Of a stretch of 64,000 nt of DNA, positions 49,086 through 61,848 are shown piece after piece. The DNA is from Phoronis australis (lineage: Eukaryota; Animalia; Phoronida), in the NCBI GenBank assembly GCA_002633005.1, contig NMRA01000042.1, forward strand, positions 1,012,230-1,076,229. The letters are read 5' to 3'. The translations under genes were made by a program, and so were the position numbers. Numbering within the stretch: the first letter of the stretch is position 1; the number at the start of each line of letters is the position of its first letter. Below the pieces are notes generated by a model. The model had not been told where the DNA came from and made no database searches. It saw nothing but the letters and a program-made list of their open reading frames with translations.

Positions 49086-50053
49086 AAACTACAACATATA
49101 TGTAAAATATCGGATAACCACTAGAAACACAGCTGATATAACACCTATCAACAAATTTAAGCATTCATTCTTTCACTCTCGTGTTTACTGATACCGAATA
49201 TTGTGTTGTTTTCCTTGTTTCAGTAGGTGGTTTTATTTCATGTTATAATTCATTTTTTTTTCTACAGGCAAAATTACGACACTTAAAACTGCTTTCCCTT
49301 CACTGTGTATGAAGTACAAAACCTTAAAAAACCTATCTTTATAATCATAATTATGTTTAAAAGTTGTGTTCGAATGTACTTTTGGGCTATTGCAATAGTG
49401 ACAACTAGTTTTTGGCACTCAGGTTTTGCAAATGATATGTCAATGTCAGCCTATGGTCCTTCTCCCTGGAACAAAGCTGTGTGAATTACACAAATATTTA
49501 TCATTAAATATTGTTACAAATTCATTTTTGTCGGTTAACACTTGTGCTCATGTTAATGAGTTGATTTGTACGTTACTGAATTTAAGCAAATACTAATACT
49601 ACTTGCAGTAAAAATATCATCTGATGCGGGAAATCACTTATCTGGAGACGTTTCTGGCACTAATAACTAAAAACGTTGACTGAATTATCCTGTGAATGTT
49701 TTAAATGACAATATACGTGTTTTATTTTTACAAGTCTTAAAAAATGCAAAAAATGAAACAGCTTGACTATTTACTTAACCAGATCTTCAAACACGGGACG
49801 GTCGGGTTCAACATTCGTAACCGGAAGTTTTGTTTCCTCCGTCCGCAGCGCCCTCTCATCACTAGTCCTTTGGGGCCGCAACATGCTCAAAGCGCTCAGG
49901 CGAGAGTTGGCAGTCACTATCTATAGTCTATGGTGAAAGAGTGCAGTTTTATAGTTGTTCTGAACATAAAGCTCTAACTCTCCAATCAAAACCTCAAGGA
50001 AAACCCTTTTAAAATCACGTGGCATTGACCCTTAAACTTGTTTGACATTGCAG

Positions 50054-50150
50054 CCGCCTATGAATGAAACACGTCGGGATATAGTAAATTTGGTGTTTAA
50101 CAAACTCGACCGAACAGGAGATGGCACGTGTACGCCTACAGATTTAAAAG
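50054..50150 (+). CDS. CAPSL: Calcyphosin-like protein, coding exon 3 (EF-hand 3)
   Basis: Acceptor cattgcag|CCG; PPMNETRRDIVNLVFNKLDRTGDGTCTPTDLK; donor G|gtaagc, phase 1. Matches CAPSL [31 protein letters not shown]. Too short for the ORF track. Confidence 0.92.
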
Positions 50151-50756
50151 GTAAGCCCGGTCATGGTCGGTAGGTGGTGTGTTTCATCAAATAAGCGATT
50201 GGTTAGTTTTAGAAAATTTGAGCTCTTTTGAAATCATTTCGATGTTTTTATAAAACAATGAATTTGTTTCATTTTTGACAAAATGCTGTTTTAAGCCTTT
50301 CCCGAAGCACTCCTTGTTCTCTTTGACATGTAACTTATTCCAAACACTCTAATTTTTTTTAGATGAACAAGTTTCGCAACCGCTTCACTGTCCCGCTTTT
50401 GTGTTTTCGACACTTTGTAACGCGAGGAGAATCGGTTTACGATTATCGTTTACGTGAATCCGTTTTAAACAATCAAAAAGTCGCGAACTGATGACGGACC
50501 GGTGAGACAGTCCACCGTCTCCGTGATGCCCAACTCGTAGTGTTACATGCGCGCACCCGCAGGGTGTGCTCGCAGTACCGGATGTAGGATACCATAAGGG
50601 GGGTCCAACATGTTGCCTCGAGGAATTGGGCAAAGCGCGATTGTACGAGCACAGTCGGCCGGAAAGTTGCAGGAGCCGAGGATGTGGACCTTCTGTTCAG
50701 CAAATCTATCGGTGGACTAAAAAAACGGGAACACGGTTCCGCCGCGACCTGAGGTC

Positions 50757-50757
50757 N
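50757..50757. other. Ambiguous base N (possible assembly join)
   Basis: Single n in the sequence. Confidence 0.9.
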
Positions 50758-53510
50758 CCCATTTGGCGAAGTGGCAAAAAAAATGTCAGCCTCAGAGAAA
50801 CAAAAACTACGAAAAAAGTGGAAAACGAGAAGGCAGGAACTTCCAAAAAATTCTCCAAATGCAAAATTCATAGCCCTGAACGTACCTCGTGAATCTTTTT
50901 TTAGTAAAATTTATACATTCTCGAAAATTCGAGACCCCTCCCCCTTTTTGGGCTGGGTGCACGCATGTATTACTAACATGCCTTGGATGGTTAATCATTC
51001 CTAAAAAATCACCGACATTACCAACGTCTGATTTTCAACTTCCGACATTGCTATTAATCGACATATTCCATATTCTAGTCGCTTTTCTAAATCCTGGGAT
51101 CGTGACCGAATAACTCAGTTTTGCTACACGAAAAATGACACTTGCATTTCGGTTTATTGGCTTAGAAAACGTTCATTGTCGAATATTCACCTTTCATTGG
51201 CTAAAATATTGTCTATATTAAGTGCTACAAAATTTCACCTTGTCTTGGTACTCACTTGTAGTCGTGTCGAGGTATCTGTAAATAATTCGCATTTCGTGCC
51301 AAGACAAACTAAATCAAAACGCTGACAGCTTTGAATCACATGGCGATTGTCCACAGTTCTCATTTTCCAGCGGTCGAATTGTACTGTGTTGTCCTGGTCC
51401 TGTCTCTGTATTCATGACAATCGCCCGTTGCCGCGAGAGAGCATGTATTTTTTCTTCGCGATTCTTTTGCCGGTGATCAAAATTTTGTGGCCTTAATGTC
51501 AGTCTGAGCCGGGGTGTATGATGCAGCCCAAGGATATTTGGCTGTAAACAACACAGTAGCCCTTGTATGAATGTCATAGCGAGTCTGTTAGTTCGGGCAA
51601 TGATTTGCCCATAAGTGCTGCCGTCGGTTAGCCATATTTGTTGACTGCATTTTTTAACAAAAAAAAACGATAAAATCCAGATAAATAGTGAACATGAAAG
51701 ATGGTTTTTTTAAGTAACATATTTTTTCTATTTACTGCAGAGAAACGGTAGGCTTAATGAAAAATCCTGTAATTTATACACAAACAAATAATAACATAGG
51801 ATCTAGAGCACTTTTTCGCAAATGAATACCAGTTATTTTTTGATATTCCAAATATTGTAAAGTTTTGATTATCGCTCAAAACACTATTAAAATGGCTACA
51901 GAAACGTAAATGGAACTCTTCTTGATTGAGGATAGAGGGGATTATGCACAACTCGGAAGGGATATTCAACTATTGATGACTGTTTCATATTGACACATAT
52001 TATTTCACTTTGAAATCCATGTTTGGACTGTACTGCTTTCAGTCAGTGAATTTTATCTCCTAACTAATGAGTACAATCCCACAATTCAGCATTCCACCCT
52101 CACCGAGCAATCACTTTAGTGGTCGCCATTTTGATGGGTTAGGAGCATACGAAGCTTTTTGCCTTCCACTCACGTGATCTTGCGTGGTCTTGTATGATCT
52201 CGCTTTTCTTGTGCAGAAGTTGGTCTGCGGTACGTTACTTTCCTTCGCAGCGCCCTCGTGTGGTTAGAGTGACGCTGCAAATGTTAGTGATACTCAACCG
52301 TTTTTGCTGATTCGGGCTTGAAAAACCAGGTCTTGGCAGCTCCACGAGTCTCTTCCACAGGATGTACAACACCTGAAAATACGAACAGTATACTGGGCTA
52401 GATACTTCAAAAATAAAGTCTATTGAAATTCATTTCAGTCTCAAATTTTCCATCTATTTCGACTACCGGAAGTGTAGCCGGCTGCCTCCAAAATAGCATT
52501 TATTAGGCTGATTGCAGTACGTGATTGCTTTTGTAATGGTTGAACCAAAAGGCATTGCGGACAACGTAACGGATTGTGATTGTCGAAAATACAGCGTTGT
52601 CGTTCCATATTACTCTAATCGATCTATTCCCCGGTGAAAAGCACACCTAGATCTATATCTGATATCGTTTGCCTCATTGACACTGCACACGCATGTATCA
52701 AAGATAAGGTTTTGGTTTGCAAAACTTTGCCCACAATGTATTCTACTTAGTTTCTACCTATACCAGCTGGTCTGCAGATACTTGTGTTGCGTGTTTAGGA
52801 AACCCGGACCGGAGCCATAAAGAGGAACACAGCATGGTCGACAACTGGATTATTTATATTGAGTGCTAGTGTTATCTAAAGACTGTCTCCATACAATTCA
52901 CAGTTCACATAATATATATGATGTGCAGCTTGGTTAAATGGCCTTATGTTGACGTCAGGTCGTAGCAATGCCTCGTGATGTAACTGTTGCTAGCTCTAAT
53001 TTAATGACTTGTTTTAAAATTCTGTTGCTTCATTTGTCGAGATGAAAGTCACGTCGCAACCTACGAATAAACCTATAATTGCTATTCAAAAGTTTCTCGT
53101 GTTTCTGAAGTGTTTCCTTAATTAATCGATTAAATTACTCGCTGAATCTTAAAAACTGCCCCCTGATCTAAGCCCATTCGCTTAATTATTCAAAACTCGC
53201 TTTAGCAAATGACCAAATCCGCTTCAAGAACCAGATGATCCTATAACTGCTGATCTAAGCTGTTTCGGGGTTAACTATAACCCCAGTACTGTGTTTATTG
53301 GGCCGCATGACTGAGCCCTTAAATTACGAGCCGGTACATCACGTGATTCTACAGTTGCCTTGCATATATTTGAGCAATTAAATGCAGAAAAAAACACAGA
53401 AAAGTCGAATTATTTTCATGGAAAAGAACAACAAACAGCTTTTGGCTCCACGTAGCATGCGATAAATTTGTATGATTCTTTTCAACATGCACACAATTAA
53501 CTGATTGTAA

Positions 53511-53711
<201 letters not shown>

Positions 53712-53759
53712 TAACATCAATAAATGAGAACCAACCTCGCTAAGTGGTGAATACAAGCA

Positions 53760-54123
53760 GGTGTGTGTCACGGCACTGCCGCGATGTTGTCTTACCCCAC
53801 TTGCCAACGATATGTGTGACAGCACGGTCGTGTTAACACATAGCTATCGTCACTTGCCTGCGGTGTTTGTATTGGCACGGTCACGTGAGCATGTAGCTAT
53901 CAGCACCACTTGCCAACGATGTTTGTCAAGGCACGGTCACGTGAACACATAGCTGTTAGCACCACTTGTTTACGATGTTTGTCACGGAACGTTCACGTGA
54001 GCAGGTTGCTGTCAGACCACTTGCCAACGATGTGTGTCACGGCACGGTCACGTGAGGACAAAGCTTTCAGCACCACTTAACAACCACGTGTGTCACGACA
54101 CGGTCACGTGAACTCGTAGCTAT
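53760..54123. repeat. Minisatellite, 56-bp unit, CACGTG-rich (resumes at about 59807-60006)
   Basis: Unit cagcaccacttgccaacgatgtgtgtcacggcacggtcacgtgaacacatagctat, about six copies. Confidence 0.85.
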
Positions 54124-54132
54124 CCGATCCCA

Positions 54133-54420
54133 CTCACTGGTTCCCTACGTGCCTAGCCAGCACGCAGGTATCACGCAGTGGCACGCGTTTTAGCATTAGT
54201 TGATGTACATATAACCTCAGGAGACATTGGTTAGCTTTACAACACCGCGAAAAAAACTTGATGTCGGACTGTGAACGATTTTTGGCCTCATGATGCAAGT
54301 GGCGGCGCAACAACTATTTCGTTTCTGCAGTATGTTTAATAGCCGCGTGCTTGAAGCACATACATGTACAATAAACACATATCTGGCCGATTTAACGGTG
54401 TGTTATTCATACTGTATGAA
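54133..54420 (+). mobile_element. Partial copy of the 9-bp-TSD MITE family
   Basis: Homologous to 56133-56405. Confidence 0.75.
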
Positions 54421-56132
54421 AAGTGGCATTTTTTCATTCTCAGCATGTTCACAAATACAAACAAGTCACATTCACTGAGCCTACATGCAGTGCCTACTGA
54501 CAAAATGCCCCCAAACTTGGCCTACACCAAAATTTTAATATTTTGGGAGTGCAAATTGGCCGCGGCCGCAGTCTAACTGTTCAGCGCCACCATATACAGG
54601 AACGAATTATTATCAGTAATTTAAAAGTCAAGGGAGATAACTCAATTTGCCGATAACCTGTCGCAGAGGGTGTATGTTAAGACTTGTTATTGTCAAATAT
54701 CAGCGCCATTGGTGAAAAATTTTCCATCTCTCTTGAAGTTTGCCCCATACTGGCCTATGTTAACGATCGTCCCGAAGCCAATATCTGAGCGCGTAGCTCA
54801 TTTTAAAAAGAAGTGGGTAGTAGAATTCATTTTGCCATCGAATTTGCCGATAGCCTAGGCGACGACCAAGTGTGTTGAGGAGTTGCTGATCCCAAATTCA
54901 TGTGATTCTTCGAAATATTTTCTTCGTCTCTTGTGCTCAAAAAATGAATCCACGTACAGTGGTGTGAGGAGTGATACTGATCTCCTGTTTGTCTTGCAAT
55001 GAAATTTGCACTCTGTTGAGAAAAGATTAGCTCACAATCTGTAAGAAACGAACATTGCTTCGCCCATTTTCCCACGGGATGATCTTAGGAATACTTTCGA
55101 AGTTGGAAAAAGTTGGTATTTATACAGAATTCAAAATTTTTCGCCTGCAAGATGATTTTAAGGTTGCCTTTAAATTTTTTTTTCGTTTTTGTGCCTCACT
55201 AATTACACCTGTGAACACAGCAGTGATTTGTTTCATGATTGAATGTTTAAATTTGCAATTGTTATTCTGGCTAGAGTTTGTGAAGAAGTGAACAAAATTA
55301 TTATGTCTGATTTCGTTGCCTGATCAAACACAAATCATGCCAAGAATTGTACGATATGGCACTTGGCTTATCTCAAAATCCAACTGCTGCCTGGTGATTT
55401 GGTAATTGACCCTATTATGTTGCACATCCAGCAGAATTAATGAGAATCATATTATTGCAACATTAAACAAAAATTTTAGACTGAAACATTATCACGTGTT
55501 CTTTTCACGAATTATCCAAATATGCTATTTGCAAACTTTCAAAACCAAAATTAAAAAGAACTATTGTCGTCCTCAGTGTAAAATCAGCAGCCTGAGGCGA
55601 TTTAATTAACCATTCCAGCATTGCGCCTTTGACCTAAATCGGCAGGTTCTGTGGTAGCCAAGCTGGTCGAGTTGTCCAAACTCCACAGGTTAGGGTGTCA
55701 ACTTAGGATTCTTTTCATGATAGGGAACAGTGGAAATATGTGTCATTTACCTCTTGTAATAGGGTTCAATAACTACGTTGTCCTCCGTCTTATTTTAGCG
55801 TTATATAGAAATGGATTCTGCACACAAATTTTATCTGAAGATTAATGAAAAGCGCTTTGGCATGCAAGCACATGGTCACGCCTGGGCCAATGTATTAACC
55901 AGCCATCTGTGGTTATGTGTTACAATGAACAAACAGCTGTTACTCCGGTGACCCTTGCAGCTACCACTCGCACACTGTAGACTGAGAATTACAGAAGTTC
56001 AGATTACTGGTGATTTACTGTAATCTTGACCAGTGTTGCTCTAGAGACAACACTGACTTCGGGCTCACGTGGTTGCTACTGACTAGAGTCCAAGCTTCGT
56101 GTCCTTTGACGTAGGCGTACTTATGTGTTCTT

Positions 56133-56715
56133 CTCGCTGGTTCCCTACGTGTAGCCAGCACGCAGGTATCACGTAGTGGCACGCGCTGTAGCATTGGTTG
56201 ATGTAACCTCGGCAGTTATTGGTTAGCTGTACAACAGCGTGAAAAATGGCGGACTGTGAACGATTTTTAGCCTTGTCACGCAAGTGGCGTCGCAGCAACT
56301 ATTTCGTTTCTGCAGTGATGTTTAATAGCCGCGTGCTTGAGGGAACATACATGTACAATAAACACATATCTGGCCGATTTAATCGGTGTGATATTCATGC
56401 TGAATGAATACAGGACAGTATCTTAAGCAAAAGTCATCGACAGTGGAAAGATGCACTCCGAAAAGGCGCAACCACAATTTCTAGGATTCACATTTCCTAA
56501 ACATAATTTTTTTAAGCACCGAATCAGATTTGTCTGTACAACATACATGTACACTTGCTACATCAGTCATACCAGTTTGTATGCGTAAAGCGCTTCTTGT
56601 TGAGAATTTGACCAGCCAATCAGAAATGCCGGTGTAAAAACTTTTCCCGAGGAAAACTAAGTGATACCTGCGTGCTGGCTACTTACCACCTAGCCGCAAG
56701 CAGGGAACCAGAGAG
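56133..56715. mobile_element. Non-autonomous DNA transposon (MITE) with 9-bp TSD, MULE-like
   Basis: TIR CTCGCTGGTTCCCT..GTAGCCAGCACGCAGGTATCAC / GTGATACCTGCGTGCTGGCTAC..AGGGAACCAGAGAG; TSD TGTGTTCTT at 56124-56132 and 56716-56724. Confidence 0.8.
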
Positions 56716-56818
56716 TGTGTTCTTATGATTGATAAAGGTGAGCATGCCTGTCATGGCGATAAGCGACATCTAGCGGATCGAGGATGTTAAAAATTTCTGG
56801 TGATGCACTTGCCAATAA

Positions 56819-59806
56819 TAGTCGGTGGGCCAGAATCTGTAGGGCCTTTAGAAAATGGTTTTTGTGAGTACTTTAGGGGGAAATTTTATTTTGGTGTTTT
56901 TTAATTCATTTATTAGAGTGTTTTCACAATCTAAAAAGTTCCCACATATCAAGTTGCACATTTTTGAGAAATTTGAGTTTGAAATTACCTAATAATATTT
57001 GTAAAAACAACAGTTTTGGTGACTTTTTTGTAAAACAAGTAATATGGTCCCATCAGTGCCATTGTATTGAACAATATTACACTCACATTACATGTTTAAC
57101 TATTGTAGATTAATTGCAAACAGTGAAATTTAAAAAATGTTAAGAGACACCTAGTGGCAAAAATGCAAACTAAGTCTGGATGTTACTAGGAAGTTATTCT
57201 GGCATTGTCTGGCAACAAAAATAACACAAAACACTTGAGACGGGGCAAAATGTGTGCCTCAATGACTAAAACATTGACTAATGGTGTAAAATACAGCTTG
57301 TTTGCATAATACACCAGAAATACATTATAGTACAAAAACAATATACTGGAATGATCTCTGTGAATGTGCAAACAGACTGTATGAAAATAATAGATTATTC
57401 TGACAGCGTTTATCAAGCAGTAAGAGACAAATACATGACAATGATCAAAGTATGTACTTTCTATGACTTAATCAACAAATAAAATTAACTTTTTAATACA
57501 AAAAAACGAAATAACGAGGTTGGAGGTCTATTTAGGGTTGACTTGTCAAAGAACCATCCAATGTTATGCACTCAGTGTTGCTGATGTTACTACAGTTGTC
57601 ACAGCTGCACATTTCTGTACAGTTTGACCCAGCATTGCAGCACAAACTCAGTTTCCCAGCACACATGTTCTTTTTGCACTTGCAGCGTTCATCGTTTAGT
57701 ACTGTCAATGAGATGCATGCATTGTCATACATTTTAATTGCAAAGCTCCACCGCCAAGGAGCCAACTATGGTCGATTAGAGAGGGTACAGCACTGCACAC
57801 TGGTGATTGGCCCGCAGGCAATGAAGGGTTAAACACTAAGTCCTTGTTTGGAGGCGGGCAGGATTTGGTCAAACGTTTAATTCAAAATATGTTATAATGG
57901 GCTGTGTTAATTTAGAGTCAGCAAGTGAATTTTTGAACACTAGCCTCAATTCAATTTCGTATCTCTTAGTCGGGCACAAACTACAACAGTGAGTAGCTTC
58001 AACAATATTTCTTAAGATTGCCTGTCCAAATAACTTCATGCACACCAGCTTTCTGATGAACAGCTTCAAAGTCTTGCTTTAGTTTTGAAAGGCAAATGAC
58101 ATCTCCATGTGCTAGAAGCTTTGATTCAATGAACTCCAAACAGAACTGTAGAAAAACATCTCTGAAAACTGCATGTGGATTCGTCACTCTTCACAATCTT
58201 TGTCTTTCTATTTTTATAGCATGATGATCTGTGGTACTTGGCTTCTAAGACACAAGCTCTTTATCTGTGAATTTCATTTGCATATTCAGGGCTCTGGACT
58301 GAGCTGTTGCTTGCGATACAAGTCCAACTGAAAAAAAACCCGAACTGTTAACACTAACTTAACATTCAACCATGAATGAGTTGGCACGCCGTCTGATCTG
58401 TCGCCTAAAAATGTTGATCATCTAATAATTAGATTAGTTGATGCAACCGAAAATAAATCAGCTGATATACCAGTGCAGTGATTGAAATTTAATTTTTTTA
58501 AATCAGATGCTCAAACCATAGTCAATCGATTTACACTTAAAGTAATCGACGTTTGACGAAATGGACAGTGACTTCCATCGTCCTCAAATTACGACGGCGA
58601 CGATGGCCACTTTAGCACTTTAATTTAATTATCATTGTAGCTACCTAAGTAATTAATGTTTACAAAAAATTGAGAAGAGGTTCCCCCTATCCCAGGACTA
58701 CAGCAGGGGATGACGGCCACTTGGGCATGTTGTTTGCAACCATCTACTCCATTTAACCTTCTCAAAAATTTTTGACTTATAAGTGCTTTAAAATCACACC
58801 CACAGTATAACGCCATATGATTATCCCTTAGCGCAAGCAGTGTCGATGTGGCAACTGAACAATGGAGTGTTCGAAAAATAGGATTGCAGGAGTATTTGTT
58901 TAAACTGGGAACAAATGAAAACATTAACGACCTCCTCAGAGGCATCTCTCTACGCGGTACTTCTAAATTTATAGGAACATAATTTGCCGAAAAGCATCCG
59001 GCATATGGAGTACCTATGGTATGATCACCGTCTCTACTGGGTCAGCGGTATTGTCTAAGGCTTAGGCAGCCAAGGGGCTGAACAAGTTAGAAAACAACTG
59101 GTGATAATACTGAAACACACCTGGAAAACACCAAGATGTACCTTTCAAAAACACGTACCTGTATTTGAAAGCTATACTTCTTGAAATATGGTCCATAATA
59201 TACTTTTCCTGCTAACAAATGATGCACTCATGTATCAGAATGTTTCTATCTTTTTCAGGTTAATCGGGTGTTTCAGATATTGGTCGTATAATTGATTTTC
59301 TTGGGAAATCTTGGATAACATCTGCATCACTTTCAGCAACTTCAGCTTTAGTACTACTGTTGGTGCCTTGAAACGTTGTTTTGCCGTTCTATGTCCTTTC
59401 AATTTTTTGGTCTGACACTTGGTCTTCTAGTCTACAACACTCAGCAGTATACTGTGTAGGCTATACCAGGACATGCAGCTGCAGCTCTTGCATCACAATT
59501 TTGTGTTGTTTGATAAACCTTGCATTACACAGGCATCACACTCCATGGGAGCAGCCATATTGAAGTAACTAAGCACGACAATACAATCTGGCTCTCTGAT
59601 TGGTCAATTCAATAGAAAAGCGCCACCAAGTGGCAGGAATGTGCATCATTTTTTGTGCAACAAAAACACTTTTTTTTAAAAATGTGCAAGTGTAGACGTG
59701 GGAACTTTTTGGAATTTGATTTATAGGTATATAGAGAAAACTAGATTGCCCCCTCCCCCCCAAAGTACTCACAAGGATGAACGCTATGTGATCTGGCCCA
59801 CGACTA
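56819..59806 (-). mobile_element. Academ DNA transposon, internally deleted
   Basis: TAG...CTA ends with TIR TAGTCGGTGGGCCAGAATC / GATCTGGCCCACGACTA; 3-bp TSD TAA (56816-56818, 59807-59809); Cys-rich C-terminus RCKCKKNMCAGKLSLCCNAGSNCTEMCSCDNCSN. Confidence 0.8.
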
Positions 59807-60047
59807 TAATGTGTGTCACGGTTAAGTGAACACGTAGCTATCAGCATCACAACCCTCTGTTACAGCGCCACCCACACTGTATATTGATTAACACCATTCG
59901 ACAGTGCTACCAAGTTTTGTGGTACTGTGAAAGAGTGTACCAGCATCACTTGCCAACGATGTGTGTCAGAGCACGGTCACGTGAACACGTAGCTATCAGC
60001 ACCACTTTTCTACGAATTGAATTTTACTTACACGCTTTGTGCACCTG

Positions 60048-60197
60048 GGCTGAGTTGCATAAAGCTTCAAAAGATATCCGCTGGATAAGTTTGATTGTTG
60101 CATGACGTCATGTGCATTGTTCAACAATAACAACGTGTCGCGTGATAATGCGACGTCATTGTTGCTATACGGCGTATAACTTTTATGCAACTGGGCC
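60048..60197. mobile_element. Small Harbinger-type MITE
   Basis: GGCTGAGTTGCATAAAG ... TTTTATGCAACTGGGCC flanked by CTG and CAG (CWG). Confidence 0.6.
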
Positions 60198-61035
60198 CAG
60201 TAGTTTTATTAACAACAGGTTTTCAGGGAACCACTTTTGTATATTTTGGGTGTTGTCATGATCAAGCACTCATCGATACAGGAATTATGAACAACAATTG
60301 TTAGTTCACTAAGCCAGGGTTTGTTTTGTTTATGTAGTTTGTAGTGTGGCCACCAGGTGCCTTCTTTACTTCCTGTAGAGTGACACATGTGCTCTTACAT
60401 TTTCATTGAGGTATTGTCTTTGAAACATTGTTAGGGAGATGCATAGGCGGATTTAGGGGGGGCAGTAACTAGAATTTAGTCAGTGAGTTGCTTACTCTGT
60501 TTATTCTGACTTAACTGCTAGTTTAGTTACTGTTTATAAGTTTTGCTGTTTAGCTAGAATGTTATCCTGTATGCAGAGTCAGTTTGGTAGATTTTGATAT
60601 CTCGCTGATTGTAGTTTTGTTGTTTTTTCAGTAAACGTATATATGACACAGAACCAAGGTGTTTTCTTTAATCCGGATTGCCCGGCCTGTGGTGTCGTCA
60701 CAACAATGATTAGGCCGGTCAAAATGGTGTAGTCTTCGAGATTTCGGGAAACAAAATCTTGCAGTTTTTAACATTTTTAAGGATGCGTTGAATGTAACAT
60801 GTTATTTATCATTGCTGTTATTTAACCGAGCGCGGAGAAACTCGGGCAAATTTGTGCTCGTTTGGGGTAGGCCAAAATCGCATGAAGTCCTGCGTCGATT
60901 GGCGAAAAAACAACCGTTGAAAGTTGGATTTTTTTCTATTTCCAACCAAAGGGAGTGCCACGGGGTCGAGGATGGATTGGAAAGAATCCGATTTTTAACG
61001 CTTAGTTTGTCGGCAATAGGCCTTTTAAAGATTGA

Positions 61036-61200
<165 letters not shown>

Positions 61201-61848
61201 ACGACCTCGGTCCTCAGAATTGACAGGTAACTAAAGGCTAGTTGTGAAGTGCGGGAATCCTTTTAGATTCGTGACAACACAAAAAGCATGAATTCCCTGT
61301 CAACAACATCATGTTCTCGCCGTATGAATGTAAGTTTCCAAACAGTGGCTAGCAGTTGCTGCTTTTTGCTTCCGCAGGTCTATCGGAAATTGGGAAAGTG
61401 TATTCTTGTGAAAGTGCTGGTGGATGACGACGACTTTCAACCGCTGTGCCCCTTAGTGGCAATTTTTTTTAGATTTTCCTATGTATCTTCAAAGTCCTCT
61501 CACAGATATTCATGAAAGTTTGCAAATACATTTCTATTGTCGATTTTGAGTCTATCACTCTACCGTCAAACTGCTCAAAGGATCATTGTGAAAATTGGCC
61601 TATGGGTTCCCACTGAAAAGAGCCCTACTGACGATATTTTTAACGGTCTGGGGACTGTGGCTCAATTCTTTTGTGGATCTTCATAAAATTTGGTAGGTTT
61701 TCCTGTTGATGTTGGTTTGCGTTGCATTCGTCTCAACATCTGCCAAGCTTATTGACGGATGTTCACAAATAAGTTGCGTCATGAAGACAACAGCACCTGC
61801 AGCACTCTCTTCCCCAAGCCTAAAGGTAGCGCTGATCGATTTAGCCAT

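Noticed and set aside
53760-54123. CRISPR-like array
   Set aside because: Whole units repeat with no unique spacers, no cas genes, eukaryotic context. The same applies to 10150-10450.
57532-57765. Host tesmin/CXC-domain gene
   Set aside because: Lies within Academ TIRs and is the transposon Cys-rich tail.
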